From contig NC_087436.1 in NCBI RefSeq assembly GCF_036321535.1, positions 86,058,001 to 86,122,000 of the forward strand: 64,000 nt of DNA, given 5' to 3'. The notes beneath the pieces are model-generated. The model had not been told where the DNA came from and did not search any database. It was given only the letters and a program-made list of their open reading frames with translations. Below are positions 55,780 to 64,000 of the stretch, piece after piece. The position numbers were made by a program, and so were the translations under genes. Position 1 is the first letter of the stretch; each line of letters opens with the position of its first letter. This DNA comes from Camelus dromedarius (taxonomy: Eukaryota).

Positions 55780-58400
55780 CCACCTCCGCATTCAGGCAGA
55801 GGGTGCGATTTGACTCTCCCCGCGCTCCCTCCCGCCGCGGGGGTCGGACCATACTAATGCCCTGGGGTAGAGAGCGGAGCTGAAACGCTGTGTCCGGCGC
55901 GCGAGGCAAGAGACAGCGCCAGGAGAGAGCGATCCTGCTCACGAAGGAAAGGGGGCGCTGACGCTCCAGGAACCAAAAGAGGATGGAATGAGTCTTCCAA
56001 GCGAGGGAGGGGGAGGGGGCGCGTTCACCTTCCCCGCCTTCTCTAATTTTGAATGCTCTTGTTGGGTGGGGGTGCTCACCCTTATCCCCACCCCTCATTC
56101 CCTCCCCCACAACTTAACACACTCACTCTTGAGAATGGCCAGGGCCTCCTGGTTTGGACTGAGACGTGGGACAGCCATCACCTTCTCCCTCGTTAAGGTG
56201 GACACGGGACAGCCTGCAGGGGATGGTCACAGAGAAGTACTCCAAAGAGTGCTGTATTTAACTGGGGCGGGCTCCTGGGGTGTCAGGCTCGGGAAGACGC
56301 CTGAGGTTGGGCTAGAGGCCCCATTCCCCCAGCCCTTCTGCGCAACGGCCTCTCGTGCATCTTCACTTCGGGTGACTGCACTGCTCACTATTACTTCCAC
56401 ATGTTCCTTCAGGAAATCATTGAAGGCAAATATATGAGCAGCCCCTTGTTCGGAATGCTAACAGGATACCGTAATGTTTGTAGATAATGAACAAGAGTTA
56501 AAGACCCCCCCAAAAAAAATCGGAATGCGCAATAACAGGGTTAAAGCGGGTGCCGGCTTTCATGCTAGTAATAAAGACAAGCTGAGATATACGTTTTTAT
56601 ACTAAGTGCTCAAGAGGGTAGGAGGCGAGGCACGAAGCCTACCCAGGAAGGCCTGCTTTGTCGATGAGAAACTCCCAGCCTGGGGTCTCCAGGACGCAGG
56701 GCCCCAGCGCTCCCCGCCCACAAATGGTAACTTCACAGTTCATTTCAGAGACGCTTAAAGGGGCCCAAAAAGCGGCCTGGGCGGGGGTGTCTTCAGGCCA
56801 TAACTCCTCTCGAGTTTAAAGCTGAGAGCATGGATGAGCAAGTGAGCACCCAGTTGTCCTTCTGGTAGTAATTACCTGCCTAATTTGAATGATGCCTTTG
56901 TTATGATCATTAACAAACATTTGCTAAAGGTTTCCATGTGTGACATTCCAGAAGGTTTAAAGGCCTGGGGAACCGACTCCCGGGATAGAGCACCGGTGGG
57001 GGGTGGCTCAGGGAAGCAAATGGTTGGGGAAAGATTTCGCCGAGTCGGGCGAGCAAAACCGGATTGAGGTCAACATCTGTCTCTCCTGCAAAAGCAAAAT
57101 AAACCCAGTGGTCAGGAGCAACCTCGAGGCTGGAGGCCCTCGAAAAGAGGCGGTTCTTTCCTTAAAACGAGTCCTGCATACCCATCCCTCCCGCTGCTCA
57201 TAGGCGGGTTTGAATCTTGCCGTCCGCCCTCCGCGGGTCCAAGGCTTGGAGAGGTCGGGTCTGTGCGCGTCAGTCAGCCCCCGGAGTCGCAGGAAGGTGG
57301 TGCGAACCGAGCTTCGCTCTCCCGGTGTTCTAAGATCCTTCCAGATTGTTCCCCTGATGCCCAGGGTCCTGGGTGGTCCTGGAGCCGCAGCAGGCAAGAA
57401 GCATGTCCTGGGCGAGGCGAACTGAGGGGGTCTCGTCTCGTTGGTTTCTGCTCAGGGCATCGCAGGGGACCAGGCCACCCTGTGCGCCCCGAGGAGTGAC
57501 CTTCGCCAACCTGGGCAGCTGTGCCAAGGTCCCAGCCTGCACTCGGGTATTGATTTTCAACTTCTTGTGTTTTTCCCTTGAGCCATCATCATGAGGTTAA
57601 GAATTGGGATTTTCTCCCCAAACCCGGAGTCTGGGAGGCTGCGACCCTCTGGGAAGGAGTCCCAACTCGGGAGTTGAGCTGGGCGGGCACGTTTGGAGAG
57701 TGTGGCGGTTCTTGCGTGGCCTCCCGCGTCTAGGCCCGCAGGCGACTATGAAATTCGGGGCTAGGGTATAAAGAGATATCGTAGAGCCAGCCCTGCAAAG
57801 TTTTTACAACCAAATCAAAACGGTCACTGAAAACAAAAACAAAAAACAAAATCTCCCCCTTCCCTGCCTCCTGGGCTCGCGCGTTCGGCCCCCGCCCCAC
57901 TGCCGGGCGACCGCCGCTCCAGCTCCGGGCGTCACACCTTTGGTTTTGGTGGGCGTTTCCCGCTGAGTTGGCTTTTTGTTTCTCCTCTACTCCGCCCCTG
58001 CTCTCCAGCTCCAGACCCCAGTGCTGCTTTCCTCGGAGGATTCAGAAGGTCCTTAGGCTTTAGAAGACCTATGGTTTCAGCAGTTACCAAAGCCGTTAGT
58101 TGCGAAAATCACATTTAAACAAATTTGCAGTTGTTTTTTCAAATGAAGTTGATGGGGTGGGGGCACATTTCTAGATTCCTAAAATGAAAATGAAGGGCCG
58201 TTTGGTGGTTGGGGTTGAGGGAGGCGCTAACTCTCTCTTCCCCCACCCCCTTCAATTCTTGACTGACCCTGGAAGAGACGCCTCCCTGGGCCTAGCGAAG
58301 GGAACTTCGTCGGGGAGGCAAGGAGAAGGCTTGTGGATGTGGCGCACAGATGTGGGGTCCCCGCGGGGAGACGGGCGAGGACCCCACCCTTGCCTCGGGT
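55780..58400. promoter_or_regulatory. Upstream CpG-rich region
   Basis: Elevated CpG and GC boxes 0.7-3.3 kb upstream of exon 1. Confidence 0.65.
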
Positions 58401-59259
58401 CTGCCCCAGCTGACGCTTGGAAGCTTGCTCCCAGCCTCTGCACGCTCAGAATACAGAGGGAATACGTCTTAGAAAAAGAAAGAGTTCTCCAAAAGGGTCC
58501 AGACTGGCCTGTGGAACTTGGGGTGACAGGTACCCCCTCATGGACTTCTGGAACACCTCCACTTCTCCGTCGCTGGCTGGCTAAGGGTGTAGGGTCTCTT
58601 CTGGATTCCTTGGGGCTCTCCAGGGGTTTGTCTCCAGAGCAGTAGAAAGCAGTTTCCTGTAGCTGAGACCAGAGGCACCCTCTCCTAGGGTTCCTAACGC
58701 CTCAGCCTGCGTGCTGACCTGAGGACCAGAGACTGTGAGCTGGGTCTCCTGCCAGCCCAGCCCAGGGGAGACCATGCTCTGCAGAGCTGGGAAAGATGGG
58801 GGAGGACTGGGGCACCTCTGGATCTGGATTGGAGGATACCCTTTTCCTAGGGAGAGAGCCCTGCTCCCTCAGTTTGGGGAGGTTTTTGCGCCTCCTACTC
58901 CCCTCTCCTTCTCTTTGGGGCTTAGCTTTTAGTTACTTTTAATTTGAAAACCCACATGAGGGGAGGGGGAGGGAACGAGGCGATTGGGAGGTCTGCTCTT
59001 TATTAGGGGCCTCTGCATCCAGCTCTCCAACACACAGCTGTGGCCTGGGAGGGGAAGGGGGGCTGGCTCTGTTTAGGTCAGCTTGACTGAAGAAAGGGCC
59101 TTGTCCTCTGGAAGTCCCAGGAGTACAGGAGTACAGCAAGGCCCTGTGATGCAAAAAAACAAAAAACTTCCAGCAGAAACCTTGTAAAGTATAAAGCCAG
59201 TAGAATCAGTGTTCCACAACTACATTAATTATAGTACATAAGTTTGAATATGAGCCACA

Positions 59260-59570
59260 TTATTTAATCAGGATATTGTTATTTAATCCCCAAGACAACC
59301 CTGTGGGTTGTGCATGATTACCCCCAATTTAATAGATGTGCAAACAAAGTCAGAGGGGTTAAACAATTTGCATGTAGCAGTGCCAGGATTTGCCTGACCA
59401 TGACCTGGTTTCAGTTGACAGTATGATCCGGTCAAGACAGGTCATGTCTCTGAGCCCCAGTCTCCGCATCTGTGCAAATGGGCATAATGCCTGCACTACA
59501 TCCCTTCATAGACAGTTGTGAAGATTAAATGAGATGGTGTATAAGAAGCCCGGGAAGGTACTCAATACAT
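59260..59570. mobile_element. MIR fragments (two, opposite orientation)
   Basis: ATTTAATCCCCAAGACAACCCTGTG... and CTCTGAGCCCCAGTCTCCGCATCTGT...GAAGATTAAATGAGAT. Confidence 0.65.
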
Positions 59571-59724
59571 TTTATCTTTCTCTTCTTTCTTCGGGCTTTG
59601 CCATAGAGTTAGCCAATCACGCTCATCTCCAGTTTCGTGCTTCCCTTGGATTGGTCTTAAGAGCTGGGTGGAGGCCAGTCTAGTTTTCTATTTCATATTC
59701 TCAATGAAGGGTGGGACATGGCAT

Positions 59725-59842
59725 CTTGGTTCCCAGCTATTACCCCCCAATGTCCCAGGCTCTCTCAAAAGATGGACCCCAGGCAGGAAGGCAGAAGGAG
59801 CCAGGAAGGATCAGAGAAAACAATTGAAAATGAGAAGACAGG
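59725..59842 (+). repeat. 118-bp direct repeat, copy 1
   Basis: Near-identical to 60851-60969. Confidence 0.95.
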
Positions 59843-60494
59843 TCTGGCATCACCAACTAGAGTCTGTAAGAAACAAGGAGAAAGGGGAGCTGAGGCCTCA
59901 GTCGAGGAACTCGGGGTGAGGCTCAGTGAAGGAGCCTTAGATGTGTCTTGCAGGCTTATGCACGAGACCCCCAGACTTTGAGAGGAGGCACTTGGCAGGG
60001 CAAGGTGTCCCATGCATGCATCTCACACATAGCCACCCTCCCTCACCAGACTTCCCCCAGCCTTGATTTTGGAAGAGTTTCTTTTTCCAGTTTTCAACTC
60101 AACAAAAACTGAAAGCATGTGCCCGTCAGAGTTTCTTCTCCACTTTGGAGAGTGATTCACTGATTCAAGAAGCAGTCATTGATCGTCCGCCTTGTGTCTG
60201 GCTCTATATTACACATCAGGGTTACAGTAGGAAACAGAATGGATATGGTCCTTGCCTTCAGGGAATTTGCTAGAATCCTCTTGTCTAGCCACAAGTGTCC
60301 CCCATGGCAGTCTCACTGCTCAGTATTGAGAGAGCTGCATTGGAACACTCATTTCTTCATGAGACTGTTATGAAGAAGACAGCTCGAGGAGGCAGACCAG
60401 GCAAAGTCTTGAATCAGGGGTCACAGAATCTCCCCAAATTCTCCAGAATGTGTGCAATTGGGATCTCCAGGCTGGCCTGGGAGAAGCTTGTCTT

Positions 60495-61300
60495 TATCCA
60501 ATTCAACATAATAAATACTGAGCCTAAAATGCCTATGACTCTGTGCCAAGCGCTAAGGATTCAGCCCTGCCTGCATAGAGTTCATAGACTAGTTGAGCCA
60601 ACAATCAATTAAACACAAAGCTGCAATATGGTGCAGTAAGCCAGTGTTAGGGGTGCACAGTGATGGCAGAGCACGTAGGAGGAGTCAGCCTGGAGGTCGG
60701 AGCGGGCTTCTTAGAGGGAAGGGACATCTCTGTGAACCTAAGAGGAACAGAATCTAGCTCACGTGCACCGGCTTGGCGGTGAGAGAGCATGAGGCTGTCA
60801 GAAGCGAAAGAGGTTTGGAATGACTGGCACTTGTGAAAGTCCAGATCCCGCTTGGTTCCCAGCTATTACCCCCCAATGTCCCAGGCTCTCTCAAAAGAAT
60901 GGACCCCAGGCAGGAAGGCAGAAGGAGCCAGGAAGGATCAGAGAAAACAACTGAAAATGAGAAGACAGGCCACGCTGAGAGTCTGGACTTCATTCTCTGG
61001 AAGTCCTCGAATTGATTTAAGGAGGGGCAGGACTGGAGAGGGGATGAAATTCAGGCAAGATTAGCCTGGACGATGCCAGGAGGCAGGGAAGCTAGCAAGT
61101 AACCTAGCAAGAGCGATGCTTCCCTGGCCCCAGGGCCTAGGGCAGGGGTTTTGAATCAGACAGAGGGAAGTCGAATGTGGACAGTGAGCTGTGAGGGAAA
61201 GTGTAGTCCCTGACTTAGGTCATAGCTGGTGCTGTTGACTCAGTTGGGGGACAAAAGGAACACAAATTTGCGAAGGAAAATGATGAGTTTACTCTTCAGC
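60495..61300 (-). mobile_element. Degenerate L2 fragment interrupted by repeat copy 2
   Basis: ATCCAATTCAACATAATAAATACTGAG...TGTGCCAAGCGCT; GAGAGTCTGGACTTCATTCT. Confidence 0.55.
60851..60969 (+). repeat. 119-bp direct repeat, copy 2
   Basis: Differs from copy 1 by one inserted A and one T/C substitution. Confidence 0.95.
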
Positions 61301-61839
61301 ATGATACATTGAAAAAACTCAAGAAGGGAAGGATTAAAATGAGGAGAAAATTCAGCGAGAATCTTGAGTGTCCCGAGCATTTCCCGGTGTGCAGAGAAGA
61401 TGCTGAGAAACAGCTCGGAATCTTTATCTCCTGAATATGCAGCTATTGTCTCTGAATCCACACAGTTGGCATTAGTTGCATTTAAAGAGTTGCCTGCCCT
61501 TACCGTCTAATAATTGTGGCCAGACATACCTGGTGATTTTGTATTTATGAGAGATTACAAATATTCTGTGAAAACATGAGAGCTTTTTTAGATGACTAAC
61601 AATACTAGATTATTTTTTTCCCTCATTCATACTATTAAATATACATTTGCATTCACTCTTGGATTTCAGATCACCCAAAGACCCAAGACGGGCTGACTCC
61701 AGATTCTGGTCCTAAGGATACTCAGCACTAGCTCTGTACCCCCCAGCTTCCGGCCCTTGCTAAGCCCTGGAGGGACTGAGGCAGGACTCACTTTCAGTCA
61801 ATTTTACAAAAAATTACGTATGAGTACAGGGACAAAGAT

Positions 61840-61950
61840 TTCATGTATGTGTACCTCAATCACTATGCTGTACACCTGAAATTAACACAACATTGTAAAC
61901 CGACTATAATTCAAAACAAAAAAAAAAGAAAAAAGAATAATTTTAAAATA
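61840..61950 (+). mobile_element. Short L1 3' end
   Basis: AATCACTATGCTGTACACCTGAAATTAACACAACATTGTAAACCGACTATA plus A tail. Confidence 0.8.
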
Positions 61951-62004
61951 AATAAATCAATAAAAATAGCCACCTTAAAAAAAAAAAAGATTGCATATTG
62001 TCCT

Positions 62005-62445
62005 CCAGTGATCATTCTCCCTTCTTACTTGGTAATTGAGCCTTTAGGTTTTTTTGCCTCCTGGCAAAATCTTCCTTTCATAGTCTCTCTTGCAAGTAGC
62101 TGTAGTCATGAAGAAAAGTTCTGGCCAATAGGATGTAAGCAGAAGTTGCAGGGGCAACTGCCAAGAAGTGTCCTTAATAATACAGGGCACATCCTACTCA
62201 ATCCAGTCTTTTTGCTGGATGGAATGCAGGGGCCTAACAGGCTTCTGCCACCACCTTAGATGATAAGACAACCTTGAAAATGGAAACTACACACTGTGCG
62301 ATAAGATGGAAGGTCCCTGACCGGTGAAGCTCCAAACAGCCCCTGATAAACTACCTATTGTCTTCTTGAAAAAGAAATAAAACCGTATCTTGTTAAGCCT
62401 CTTATTTTGAATTTTTCTGTTACTTGCAGCCAAGCTTGATCCTAA
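62005..62445 (+). mobile_element. Old MLT1-type LTR
   Basis: AAGTTCTGGCCAATAGGATGTAAGCAGAAGT...GAAATAAAAC...TTTTCTGTTACTTGCAGCCAA. Confidence 0.7.
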
Positions 62446-62636
62446 CAGATGAAGTCAGAAAGGGTTGGCTCGTTCTAACCACAAACACAACCATGCTTAC
62501 TCAAAACTGAAAAGCGTCTGGGGAGAGAAGGGCTGAGAACACATACACAGCTGCACAACATCCCCATTAAGACTGCCGAGACGGGATGTCTCCCTGCCCA
62601 TGGGCTCACGTTTACGATGATCCTGTGGGATTCTAA

Positions 62637-62643
62637 GTGTGTG

Positions 62644-62677
<34 letters not shown>
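62637..62677. repeat. (GT)n microsatellite
   Basis: Direct reading. Confidence 0.93.
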
Positions 62678-62681
<4 letters not shown>

Positions 62682-64000
62682 ACAACACTCACTCAGACAC
62701 ACTGCTTGTTCAACTTAATTTGTCTTTGGATAGTCAGTGACACAAAGGGAAACTTGAAGGAGACAAAAGAAAGTCCACACTAGCTCTCTTTTTATATCCC
62801 TTCTCCTGGTCTCGTATTTTCATTCTTCATTATAACCTTGTTCTTACCCTGCATTATATTCTTACAGCCTGCACGCTTCTGGCCTTCTGTCTTTACTGCA
62901 TCCCAGATCCTCAAAATCTTTACATCCTCATTTGATTTTTAGTGCTTTAAAAATAAGCCTTCAAAAAAAAAGTAATATGCCTTCAGAAAGGTCAACTTCA
63001 TGCCCACATGTTGAGGTCACAGAACAATCCTGCAGATAAACCATCCACAGACTTTAGGCCAACTTCCACCAGGCTCTTGGCAGAGAGATGCAGCCCCAGG
63101 AAGCAAGGAGATGAAGGTTTCTGATTGATTCAAGCATTTAATGAGCGAAACTCTGAGAGAGTTTGTCCTCTCCCTGCCCTCAGGTGGCTACAGATGTCCA
63201 AAGGCATCTGGGTGCCCAGCTCAGCCTCCAACCCAGCTGTCATTGAGTCTTTAATCAGATAATTTTTCTGCTCACCATTTGAGTGAAAGCGTCCCTCAGA
63301 GCCCTAAAATAGGAATCAAAATCAGCTTCCTTCTGTGGCCTGTCTCCTCAGCACTTAGCCCACTGAATCGTGTGGGTCAGGGCACAGATGTTTACTCAGC
63401 ACCACGTGTGCCAGGCACTGTGCGAGACACGGGATGCTGTGCTGGAGACACAAACGAGACCTCTGCACTGAGGGTGGGGGGAGACAGGCCTAGAGCAGAC
63501 CAGGCCCTGATTAAAAGGCAGGCTTGACGAGGGCTCTGCAGTCATGTGGTGCTGCGGGAGGCCAGCCTCCCAGGCCTCAGCTGGTCCAGTGCCTCAAAGG
63601 CCCTTCCCTGGGAAAGTGATATTTAAAGCTGCAGGCAAGTCTGAGGAAAGTAGCTATGTTCTGCTCTTATTTTAAGTCATTCAGAAAGGTAGGTCCCACA
63701 AGAAGTATATGCTTTGGGTGGTTACAAAGGTAGCAAAGCACACCCTCCTGTTTCTGAAAATGACAGTTTTCAGTGCCCCCAAGGGAACAGTAATCTTCTG
63801 AAACTGAATCACAGAATGATTGAACACCCTCAACTAAGGAACTGTCCTTGCTCAGAAGAGACAATTTGTTTCCCCTGGGGTTGGTTATCACAAAATTTGA
63901 ATATAATCGAGACTCTTGTGACAGTCGCAAAGCTGGTTTCTTGGTCATCTGGGGGGTGGAGTTGTCTTGGGGAGATAGAGAAACATATACTGTCATCCAG

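Overview
This is mammalian genomic DNA, probably camelid judging from the tRNA-derived SINE family. It contains the complete PDGFRA (platelet-derived growth factor receptor alpha) gene on the minus strand, about 43.6 kb long. Non-coding exon 1 lies at about 54771-55088. The 22 coding exons run from the ATG at 45030 to the TAA at 14372, all have GT-AG boundaries read from the sequence, and sum to 3270 nt (1089 aa, open frame). A 3' UTR of about 2.9 kb ends near an AATAAA at 11487-11492. CpG islands lie in intron 1 and upstream. The rest is intronic or intergenic DNA with L1, L2, MIR, MLT1/ERV LTR, Tigger, MER5 and tRNA-SINE repeats and microsatellites. I see no novel multi-gene system. The best second-look items are a candidate intron-16 polyadenylation site (decoy receptor) with an L1-derived U-rich element, a candidate alternative 5' exon giving an in-frame N-terminal extension, a near-identical 118-bp non-tandem duplication upstream, and a SINE-L1 chimera bounded by one target-site duplication. 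Repeat family names and boundaries were recognised by eye and are approximate.
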